Shown here piece by piece: positions 9,695 through 20,183 of a stretch of DNA of 20,666 nt. Each line of letters opens with the position of its first letter. The first letter of the stretch is position 1. A program made the position numbers and the translations under genes. The notes under the pieces are model-generated. The model worked only from the letters and a program-made list of their open reading frames with translations, ran no database searches and was not told the origin of the DNA. The DNA is taken from positions 1 through 20,666 of the forward strand of contig CDRNVI010000115.1 in assembly GCA_977017575.1 (NCBI GenBank). Direction: 5' to 3'. The DNA is from Paramoeba atlantica. Lineage: Eukaryota > Protista > Discosea.

Positions 9695-11222
9695 TTTCCA
9701 TCCAGCGGCAGGTTCCCCTACCACTACCATGTTACGACTTCACCCTGATTACTATCAATACATTCAAATTAAATAATTAATAATATTTTATTAAAAATTA
9801 ATTATCTCCAATAGATTAAAAATAATTAATAAATATAAATTATTAATTATAATTTTTCCAATATTAACAACTTTCTTGGCGTGACGGGCAGTGTGTACTA
9901 GATTTGGATCCCATTTCACCGAAACATTCTAATCGATTACTGACGATTTCAACTTCATATTTTTATTTTCAAAAAATAATCCGAACTATAATAATCTTTA
10001 TAATTTAAATAAATTTCACAATTTATTTTTTTTTTGTAATTATTTTTGTAACACGTGTGTAGCCCAATTCATCAGGGCCATACCTACTTGACGTCCTCCT
10101 CTATTTCATTTAATATATAATTAATAATACAATATAATAAAATATAATAATATAACATATAATAATATAACATATAATAATATAATAATATATCATATAT
10201 TTTATTATATTGTAAGGATTACACTCGTTACAGGACCTAACCATACATATCACTACACGAGCTGACGACAGCCATGCGACACCTGCTTAAAAAAATTATA
10301 TAAAGTTTACTATATTTATTATAATTTTTTTCAATCTAGAATTGGTAAGATTTTATGCGTTATATCAGATTAAACCACATGTTCCACCGTTCGTACCAAA
10401 TCTCAGCCACTTTCTTTGAGTTCAAATCTTGCGATCATACTCCCCAGGCGGGATGCTTACGCGTTAGCTAAACCACAAAAATATTTCCTACAGTTAGCAT
10501 CCATCGTTGTCTGTATGGACTACAAGGGTCTCTAATCCTCTTTGATACCCATACCTTCGTACTTTAGTGTCAGTATAAATCTAATATATAGCTTTCACCT
10601 TCTGATAGTCTCCATAGTATCATAAAATTTCACCTTTCCTCTATGAATACTATATATCTGAATAATACTCTTAGTTTACTAATATATAATTTATTCATTA
10701 TTACTAATAACGCCTTTAAAATTATATTATTAAAAAATAAACCACTTATCATACGCTTTACGCCCAGTAATGCTGAGTAACACCCGCATCCTCCGTATCA
10801 CCGCGACTGCTGGCACGAAGTTAGTCGATGCTTATTCTTAAGTTTAACCTCATTATGCTCACTTAAACAAGAATTTTTCAATAAATTGTCATAATTCAGG
10901 TAGTTTCGCTGAATCAAGCTTTCGCTCATTGTTCAATATTCCTCACTGCTGCCTCCTAATGGAACTTGGGCCTTTTCTCATTCCCAATGTGGTTGTACCT
11001 CCTTCTAAGATCAACTAAGAATTATCGGCTTGTTAGTCTATTACACCTCCAACTACCTAAATCTTTATAAACCAGTTTATAATATAAACATAATTATAAG
11101 TCCCGTTTTTATATATTACTCACCCTTACGCCATTAATTTTAAATTTTAAATTTTAATTGACTAGCATGTGTTAAGCGAACTACTAGCATTTACTCAAAG
11201 CCAGAATAAAACATACAAGTAT
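9695..11222 (-). rRNA. rns: Mitochondrial small-subunit rRNA (ends approximate)
   Basis: Minus-strand conserved blocks CTTAACACATGC, GTGCCAGCAGTCGCGGT, CATGGCTGTCGTCAGCTCGTG, GAAGTCGTAACATGG; no anti-Shine-Dalgarno CCUCC at the 3' end. Confidence 0.97.
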
Positions 11223-11284
11223 TTATATATAATATATTATATATTATATAATTTACATAAATTTTTTCCTTTTTTTTTATATTA

Positions 11285-11373
11285 AGATTATGGTGGGATT
11301 CGAACCCACGGTATAATTAAAATTATACGATCCTTTTCAAGAGGATTACTTTAAACCACTCAGCCACATAAAC
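11285..11373 (-). tRNA. trnS: tRNA-Ser(UGA), long variable arm
   Basis: Stem ATCCT/AGGAT; acceptor GTTTATG/CATAATC with U2xU71. Confidence 0.95.
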
Positions 11374-11387
11374 TTATTTTTATACAA

Positions 11388-11460
11388 CGACCTGGGCAGG
11401 ATTCGAACCTACATCTGATTGGTTAACAGCCAATTATTTTACCATTGAAACTACCAAGTA
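11388..11460 (-). tRNA. trnN: tRNA-Asn(GUU)
   Basis: Stem ATTGG/CCAAT; acceptor TACTTGG/CCAGGTC with U1xC72. Confidence 0.95.
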
Positions 11461-11474
11461 TTGTTTTACAAATT

Positions 11475-11497
11475 ACAAACTTTAATTTAAAGTTTGT
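11475..11497. repeat. Perfect 10-bp inverted repeat
   Basis: acaaacttta-att-taaagtttgt, in the spacer between rnl and trnN. Confidence 0.7.
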
Positions 11498-11584
11498 TGT
11501 TTTATTACATATAATATTTTCAAAATATTATATATTTTATTTTTTCTTATATAGAAATTTTTTTTCTTTTTTCTTTTTTCTTTT

Positions 11585-13330
11585 TATAAATTAGATTGAT
11601 TCTTAAAATTATTTAGCTCAATCCTTCACAGGACTTACACACATAACTTAATTTCGTAATAATCTTTTACAATCAATACTTTTAAAATATTTTAGGATAA
11701 TCTTCTTATATCTGATTGAATTCAATAATTATATTATTAATATTTAGCTACTCGACTATGCAATTATAATTACAACCGATTTACCAGTGATATTCCTTCT
11801 CCAGTCCTTTCGTACTAAGATAAGATTCCTTCAATTTTAATTAATTAATAGTAGATAGGAACCGAACTGTCTCACGACGTTCTGAACCCAATTCAGGTGC
11901 CACTTTAAAAGGCGAACAGCCTTACCCTTGGAACATTTTTCTTAACCAGGATGTGACCAATCGACATCGAGGTGCCAAACAACCCCGTCGATATCTTCTC
12001 TCCGGAGTCATAAGCCTGTTATCCCTAGCGTACCTTTTATCCGTTGAGCAACATATTTTCCATTCAATTATATTGGATCACTATGACCGACCTTTTTAAT
12101 AAAAAAGATCTCTGTTTGATTTGTAAATCTCACAGTTAAGTAATTTTTAGCCATTACACGCCAAAATTTTCTAATAAAATTTTAATTACCTTTGTACACC
12201 TCAGTTACATTTTATGAGGTCTCCGCCCCAGAGAAACTACCAAATATATTCTGTCAATAAAAAATTATTAAGTTTTAAAAATTAAATTCAAACTATTCCA
12301 AGATTATCTAAACAATTAACTAATATTAAAATTTTAAAACGATTAGTTTGTATCCTATAAATTTAATTTTTAATAACAAAATATAACTGCAGTAAAGGTG
12401 CATAGGGTCTTTCCGTCTAGCTATTAATACGCTGCATCTGCACAGAGAATTCAATTTCGCTAATATAATACCGGAGACAGTAGGATAGTCGTTACACCAT
12501 TCATGCAAGGTCGAAACTTACTCGACAAGGAATTTCGCTACCTTCGAACCGTTATATTTACAGCTGCCGTTTACTATTCATTCTATATAAAGCTAATACA
12601 TTAAATAATATATTAACAATAACAATTACCTTTATAGCACCGGGCAGGTGTCAGACCTTATACATCATTAATTAATTTTGCAAAGTCCTGTGTTTTTGTT
12701 AAACAGTCGCCATCCTCTATTCTGTTACATTTTTATATACATATAATGTATATATAAAAATACTCTTTCTCCCGAAGTTACAGAGTTAATTTGCCGAGTT
12801 CCTTCGATATTATTCAATTATTCATCTTAGTATTCTCTACTAATCCTCCTGTGTAGGATTTAGTACGGTTTTATATATTAGTATTCTTTCTTGAATTTAT
12901 TTTTTAAATATTTCAATCAATATATTCGAATATATCACACAATGTTTTACTATATTTATTAAAATTTGATCCTAAAATATTTAAAAAATAAACTGTCATC
13001 TACTAATAACGTTAAAAATATTATGTTATCCTTATAACTCTTTAACTACCCTTCAATTATTACTATCATATTCATTTTAGGGACCGATTAACCTAATGCA
13101 GTTTATCTTGACATTAGAAACCTTAGATTTTTAGATGATAATGTTTATAACATTATTTTTGCTACTTATGCCAGTATATTCAATTTTAATTTTATAATTT
13201 AACAATTTTTTTTTTCTTTTATAAAACGTTCTACTACCAATATTATTATTTTAAATAATATTTTATAATTTCGGTATAATATTTATTTTCGTTATATTTT
13301 TGTATATAAATATCTATCAATAGTGAGCTG

Positions 13331-13364
<34 letters not shown>

Positions 13365-14365
13365 CTACCTCCTATTCATTGTTAATATTATAATATACTT
13401 TTTAACTTAATATTAATTTAGAAACCTTAATTTATAATCTGGGCTCTTTCCCTCTTGATATACAACCTTTTCGCCATATATCGAAATTAAAATTTTTACT
13501 TTATATTTATTTGAAGTTCATATGGATTCAACAACCCAATATGGTAGCTCTACCTTATATAAATTTAAATTTCATCTCTACTTAAATAGATTTCGTAGAA
13601 AACCAGCTATCTCCAAGTTTGATTAGCCTTTCACCCCTAATCATAGGTCATCCCAATATATTGCAACATAAACGGGTTCGATCCTCCATTAATATTTAAT
13701 TAACTTCAATCTGCCCATGACTAGATCACTTGGTTTCGGGTCTAATTATTATAACTATAAATATATTAATTACAATTAAAAAATTTAATAATTTTTTATT
13801 TTGCTACAATAATTAACTCACTGACCCATTATGCAAAAGGTACCTTTTAACATATAATTATTTATGCTTAAAGTGCTATTTAGTATTAAATTTCAAAATC
13901 TATTTCAACATTTTTAAAAAATTTCTTTTCATCTTTCCTTCACAGTACTTTTTCACTATCGCTCAATAATAATTCTTTAGCCTTTAGAGATGGTACTCTA
14001 ATCTTCAAACAAATTTAGTTTTTATTTTACTCAAAACCAATAATAATAATAAAAAATAACAAGACTATTACTTATTTTGTTAATTATTCCAAATTATTAT
14101 ATTTTTTATTTATATTATTGTTTAATTTAGCTATTTTATTTTCGCTCGCCACTACTAATAATATCATTTTTATTTTTTTTAACTAATTACTAAGATGATT
14201 CAATTCATTAGATATTCTTTAATTATTTAATTTAATTGGGTTTTCCCTTTAGATACGTGAATATTGAAAAATTATTATTATTTTACTTTCACATTACGTT
14301 TTAAAACGTCTATAAACTTATTATTGGCAAGATATCCGTTTAATACTATTTTAAATTTATAAAAA
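11585..14365 (-). rRNA. rnl: Mitochondrial large-subunit rRNA (ends approximate), no intron seen
   Basis: Peptidyl-transferase blocks GGCACCTCGATGTCG, GGGTTCAGAACGTCGTGAGACAGTTCGG, CGCTAGGGATAACAGGCT, GCGAAATTCCTTGTC; sarcin-ricin AGTACGAAAGGAC; about 2.8 kb, colinear with 23S. Confidence 0.97.
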
Positions 14366-14421
14366 AATTTTAAAATGATTTGTTTAAAAATTATTCAACA
14401 TTATTATATATTTTAATCAAA

Positions 14422-14502
14422 TGGAAGTGGTAGGATTCGAACCTACGATGTATAAATACAATAGATTTACAGTCTACCGCTTTACCGCTCAGCCACACTA
14501 TA
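14422..14502 (-). tRNA. trnY: tRNA-Tyr(GUA)
   Basis: Stem GTAGA/TCTAT; long variable arm; acceptor TATAGTG/CACTTCC with mismatches at pairs 1, 2 and 3. Confidence 0.95.
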
Positions 14503-14510
14503 AAAAATTA

Positions 14511-14584
14511 TAATTGGTATAGGACTCGAACCTATATCTAATGATTTAGAAGATCATAATTTTAACCAATTAAACTAACCAATT
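14511..14584 (-). tRNA. trnR: tRNA-Arg(UCU)
   Basis: Stem ATGAT/ATCAT; acceptor AATTGGT/ACCAATT fully paired. Confidence 0.95.
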
Positions 14585-14611
14585 AAATACAAAACAACAA
14601 AAATAGGTTGA

Positions 14612-14851
14612 TTAAGTATATAAGATTAAGAAAGCCATCATTAGGGCAAACAGAGCAATTGCTTCTGTTAATGCGAAACCTAATAAAGTATAACCAAATA
14701 AATCGTTTTTAATTGTAGTATTACGTGAATAAGCAATTAAAAAAGCTCCAAAAACTATTCCTATACCTACTCCAGCACCTGCTAAACCTATAGTAGCTAA
14801 ACCAGCACCTACTTTTTTTGCAAAAATTAACATAATTTCTTGTCCTGCCAT
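14612..14851 (-). CDS. atp9: ATP synthase subunit 9 (c)
   Basis: [32 protein letters not shown]. Confidence 0.99.
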   Translation of the reverse strand: MAGQEIMLIFAKKVGAGLATIGLAGAGVGIGIVFGAFLIAYSRNTTIKNDLFGYTLLGFALTEAIALFALMMAFLILYT

Positions 14852-14904
14852 TTTCGAAAATATTTTTATACATATATTTTACTAATTAATAAAAATTCAA
14901 AATT

Positions 14905-14926
14905 GATTACATATTCAAATGTAATC
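14905..14926. repeat. Perfect 8-bp inverted repeat upstream of atp9
   Basis: gattacat-attcaa-atgtaatc. Confidence 0.6.
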
Positions 14927-14950
14927 CATAATAATATTTACGTAATTATA

Positions 14951-15023
14951 TAAGAAGAGTAGGACTCGAACCTACATCTGTGGCTCATGAGACCACTGAG
15001 TTAACCTATTACTCCATCTTAAA
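14951..15023 (-). tRNA. trnM: tRNA-Met(CAU)
   Basis: Stem GTGGT/GCCAC; fMet-like D arm GAGT...ACTC but no triple G-C pairs; acceptor TTTAAGA/TCTTCTT with mismatches at pairs 1-3. Confidence 0.85.
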
Positions 15024-15041
15024 AAATAATTAACTCATCGT

Positions 15042-15124
15042 TATTGGAGGAGGGACTCGAACCCTCAAGCCTAAAAGGCAATAGATTTTAAGTCTATCAT
15101 GTTTACCAATTCCATCACACCATT
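15042..15124 (-). tRNA. trnL: tRNA-Leu(UAA), long variable arm
   Basis: Stem ATAGA/TCTAT; acceptor AATGGTG/CTCCAAT with A2xA71 and U6xU67. Confidence 0.95.
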
Positions 15125-15182
15125 AAAAAATAATTAATAAAAATTTTTGTATATGAAAATAAAATATTATCTCTTATACAAA

Positions 15183-15197
15183 CCCCCCAAACCCCCC
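15183..15197. repeat. C6-A3-C6 (minus strand G6-T3-G6) motif in a non-coding spacer
   Basis: ccccccaaacccccc; also readable as (aaacccccc)x2 from 15180. An isolated GC island in an AT-rich spacer. Confidence 0.85.
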
Positions 15198-15298
15198 TTA
15201 TTATATGTGACAAATAATATACTTAAATCAGTGTATAATAGATTTCAAAAATTTACAAAAAAATTTTATTAAATTAAATTAATACGGATAAAATAATT

Positions 15299-15370
15299 TC
15301 ATTTCTAAGGGATTTGAACCCTTATTTCTGCTGTGAAAGAGCAATGTCCTAACCATTAGACGAAGAAAAA
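15299..15370 (-). tRNA. trnE: tRNA-Glu(UUC)
   Basis: Stem TTGCT/AGCAG; acceptor TTTTTCT/AGAAATG with U1.G72 and U2xU71. Confidence 0.93.
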
Positions 15371-15670
15371 TAAATCATATATTATTAAAGTAAGATATAT
15401 CTAAAATAAATAATCATATTAATTTACTAATTTTTTATTTTATTAAAAAAATAAAATCTTTTAAATTACTATAATTATTTATTTTATAATTTTTTCTCTT
15501 TTTAAAAAAATTTTAAGTAAAATATGTATGTTTTATGACTGTTATTTCATATGGTAAATGTACATTTATCATAAATTGATATAATAGATATAATAGATAA
15601 TATTTTATATTTTATATACAAAACATCTTGATTATATAGTAATAAAATAAACATATTTTATTATATTTTA

Positions 15671-15744
15671 TGCGGAGGAAGGGATTCGAACCCTCATCTT
15701 TTAACTCGACAGGTTAAAGCTTTAGCCTATTAAGCTACCTCCTT
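15671..15744 (-). tRNA. trnD: tRNA-Asp(GUC)
   Basis: Stem TTAAC/GTTAA; acceptor AAGGAGG/CCTCCGC with A1xC72 and A2xG71. Confidence 0.95.
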
Positions 15745-15757
15745 GTTATTATAATTA

Positions 15758-15828
15758 TCAGGACGATAGGATTTGAACCTATAACGTCTACACCCAAAAT
15801 AGATATTTTACCTTTAAACTACATCCTT
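15758..15828 (-). tRNA. trnP: tRNA-Pro(UGG)
   Basis: Stem TCTAT/GTAGA, loop TTTGGGT; acceptor AAGGATG/CGTCCTG with A1xG72. Confidence 0.93.
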
Positions 15829-15862
15829 ATAAAAAATATTTTTTCTTTTTTTATACATACAA

Positions 15863-15936
15863 TACAGATGAGGGGACTCGAACCCCTAAAATTTAGTGCC
15901 TAAAACTAATATGTCTACCAATTCCATCACATCTAT
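15863..15936 (-). tRNA. trnL: tRNA-Leu(UAG) with short variable loop
   Basis: Stem TTAGT/ACTAA, loop TTTAGGC, variable region only ATTTT; acceptor paired with U2.G71. Confidence 0.9.
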
Positions 15937-16002
15937 CTTTACAAATTAATAAAAAAATTTTAATAAAATATATATTTTATTAATTTTATTATTCTTAATT
16001 TA

Positions 16003-16075
16003 GGTAAGAAATGAGACTTGAACTCATACTATCGAAATCACAACTCGATGTGCTAACCTATTACACCATTCCATA
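16003..16075 (-). tRNA. trnH: tRNA-His(GUG)
   Basis: Stem TCGAG/TTCGA; C73; acceptor TATGGAA/TTCTTAC with mismatches at pairs 1-3; genomic -1 base is A. Confidence 0.93.
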
Positions 16076-16081
16076 TTTTTA

Positions 16082-16154
16082 TAGATAGTATAGGGCTCGA
16101 ACCTATAACCCTCAGCTTAAAAGGCCGATGCTCTACCAATTGAGCTAACTATTT
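16082..16154 (-). tRNA. trnK: tRNA-Lys(UUU)
   Basis: Stem TCGGC/GCTGA; acceptor AAATAGT/ACTATCT with A2xC71. Confidence 0.95.
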
Positions 16155-16163
16155 TTTTATTTA

Positions 16164-16236
16164 TAACCCCAGATAGACTCGAACTATCAATTTGCACTTA
16201 TCAAATGCATGTTTTAACCAATTAAACTATAGGTAT
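16164..16236 (-). tRNA. trnI: tRNA-Ile(GAU)
   Basis: Stem TGCAT/GTGCA; acceptor ATACCTA/TGGGGTT with U2xU71 and A3xG70. Confidence 0.95.
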
Positions 16237-16263
16237 TTATTATATTTATATTAAATTTAAAAA

Positions 16264-16336
16264 AGTTAGGAAACGGACTCGAACCGATATCTATAGATTT
16301 GCAATCAATTATAATAACCATTTATACTATCCTTAA
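16264..16336 (-). tRNA. trnC: tRNA-Cys(GCA)
   Basis: Loop TTGCAAA; U73; acceptor TTAAGGA/TCCTAAC with U1xC72 and A3xA70; single U-U mismatches in the anticodon and T stems. Confidence 0.9.
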
Positions 16337-16349
16337 AAAAAATTTTAAT

Positions 16350-16421
16350 ACTTAGGAGTAGGACTCGAACCTACACGATTTGCTGCCAAAAAACAATACT
16401 TTACCTTTCAGTCACCCTATT
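16350..16421 (-). tRNA. trnQ: tRNA-Gln(UUG)
   Basis: Stem TTGTT/AGCAA; acceptor AATAGGG/TCCTAAG with A1xG72 and A2xA71. Confidence 0.92.
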
Positions 16422-16453
16422 TTATTATATTTAATTATATCATCTATAATTAA

Positions 16454-16525
16454 CACAGTTGATAGGATTTGAACCTATGTCATTAGTTTTGAAGACTAAT
16501 ATGTTAACCACTACACTACAACTAT
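16454..16525 (-). tRNA. trnW: tRNA-Trp(UCA), reads UGA and UGG
   Basis: Stem TTAGT/ACTAA, loop CTTCAAA; G73; acceptor paired with U2.G71. Confidence 0.95.
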
Positions 16526-16526
16526 T

Positions 16527-16600
16527 TATCCCCCATAGGACTTGAACCTATATCAGTACCATTATGAGTGATATGTCTTAACCAATTAGACCAGAGGGAT
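16527..16600 (-). tRNA. tRNA with CAU anticodon, probably Ile(CAU, lysidine type); elongator Met not excluded
   Basis: Stem TATCA/TGGTA, loop CTCATAA; acceptor ATCCCTC/GGGGGAT paired. It is the second CAU tRNA in the window, and ATA codons are very frequent. Confidence 0.8.
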
Positions 16601-16616
16601 TATATTAGTAAAATTA

Positions 16617-18278
<1,662 letters not shown>

Positions 18279-18285
18279 TGTAAAT

Positions 18286-19155
18286 TTATACTAAATAAAA
18301 AATATTCTCTTTTCCATCTTTTAATTCTAATATAAGAGGAGCTACCATATCACTACCTCAACAATATATAATCATATATAAAAATAATCATACTACATCA
18401 ACAAAATGTCAATATCAAGCTGCAAATTCAAAACCTAAATGGTGATTACGTGAAAAATGTGATAAATATATACGATAAGTAGTCATACTTAAAGCTATAG
18501 TACCAACAATAACGTGAAAACCATGTAAACCAGTACAACAAAAAAAAGTTGAACCATAAACACCATCTGAAATATCAAAAGCAGAAACACTATATTCATA
18601 AAACTGAAAAGATAAAAATAATACAGCAAATACAATTGTAACAACCATAGTTAATAAACATTTATCCATATATCCTTGTTTTAAATATAAATGTGCTAAA
18701 GTTAAAGTAGCACCTGATGTTAATAATAATAAAGTATTTAATAAAGGAATACCAAAAGGATCCATAATTATTTCACTCATTCCTACGGGAGGTCAACTAC
18801 AATTTAATTCTACTGTAGGAAAAATACTTGAATGAAAAAAAGCTCAGAAAAAAGCTACAAAAAGCATTACTTCTGAAAAAATAAAAAGTAAAAAGCTTAT
18901 AATTAAGCTTGATTGAACTTGTTTAGTATGATGACCTTCATAACTTGCTTCAATTACTATATCTCTAAATCATAAACATATAATAAATATTACCATAATT
19001 AAACCTATAAAAAATACAGGTACACCATAATAAAATCCTTGAAAAAAAGTTACTAAACCTACTGGCATTGATAATGCAAACATAGATAATAATAAAGGTC
19101 ATGGACTAATTGTTACAATATGTCAAAAATGAAAATGTTTAAATTTATTAATCAT
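18286..19155 (-). CDS. cox3: Cytochrome c oxidase subunit 3
   Basis: HFWHIVTISPWP, EGHHTKQVQ, LFIFSEVMLF, TGLHGFHV, AAWYWHFVDVVW; 290 codons intact. Confidence 0.98.
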
Positions 19156-19158
19156 ATT

Positions 19159-20178
19159 TTATATACTATTTTCTTTATTTAAAAATTCTTTTATTGATAA
19201 ATTAAGTTGATCTTGTCATCAATCATAGAAACCTCTAGTAAAAACAATAGCATTACTTCCATCTTCATAAAAATAATGATAATAATTTATTAGTTGATTA
19301 AACGAATTATTTCTAAAATCTTCACAAGCTAAACATAAATATGTAATATAATCTAATTTAGTTATACTATATATTTCAATAGGCATAAAACCATGATTTA
19401 CACCACATAATTCACTACATTGACCATAAAAATGACCAATTCTATCTATAAATAAATTTACCTGATTTAACCTACCAGGACAAGCATCTATTTTTATACC
19501 TAATGAAGGGACAGCTCAACAATGTAATACATCACTAGCTGTTACATATACTTTTATAAAAGTATCTACAGGCAATACTACTGGATTTGTAGTTTCTAAT
19601 AAACGTAAACCTTTATCTGATAATTCATTAGTAGGTACCATATAACTATCGAAACTAAATTCAGCTATATTATTTGAAAAAGAACCTCCTAACTCTATAT
19701 TTGTATTACTCGCAATATCATATACAATTTGAGGATTATCTAAACTAAATACAAAAGAATAAGATCAATATCACTGATGTCCTGTAACTTTCATTGTTAA
19801 CAGACTTACACCAGATATTTCCATAGCATATAATAAAGCAAAAGACGGTATTGCTATAGATATTAATATTAAACTTGGTATTATAATTCAAAGAGTTTCT
19901 AATAATGTATTATGCGAAATTCTTACATTATAAAAATTTTTTACTTTATTAAAAATCTCTAAATTACTATTATTATTTATTGTAAATGTACTTAAAGTGA
20001 AATAAATCATAGCAAAAGTAAATACAACAATAAAAACTAAAAAAAACATAATATGATTATGCAAATCAATAATTCCTCGAGCTATAGTATTAGCTGGGTA
20101 TTGAAAACCTAATTGTCCAGGTAAAGCATAATCTGCCTCTAAATTTGAAAAAATTATATTATTTACAAAATTAATCAT
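19159..20178 (-). CDS. cox2: Cytochrome c oxidase subunit 2 with internal insertion and C-terminal extension
   Basis: GHQWYWSY, DVLHCWAVPSLG, CuA motif [15 protein letters not shown]; 340 codons intact under code 4. Confidence 0.98.
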
Positions 20179-20183
20179 TTTTT

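Noticed and set aside
12326-12508. 60-aa ORF, possible intronic or homing-endonuclease ORF in rnl
   Set aside because: The sequence is conserved LSU rRNA domain IV; there are no LAGLIDADG or GIY-YIG motifs, and the rnl length leaves no room for an intron.
15502-15654. ~50-codon minus-strand ORF (MFILLLYNQD...) in the 300-nt spacer, possible atp8
   Set aside because: No MPQL-type start or other motif; the composition is that of AT-rich non-coding DNA with a gatataata repeat.
15671-16600. Regularly spaced GGTTCGAA/TTCGAACC-like repeats as a CRISPR array or phage tRNA array
   Set aside because: They are the T-loops of ten consecutive mitochondrial tRNA genes.
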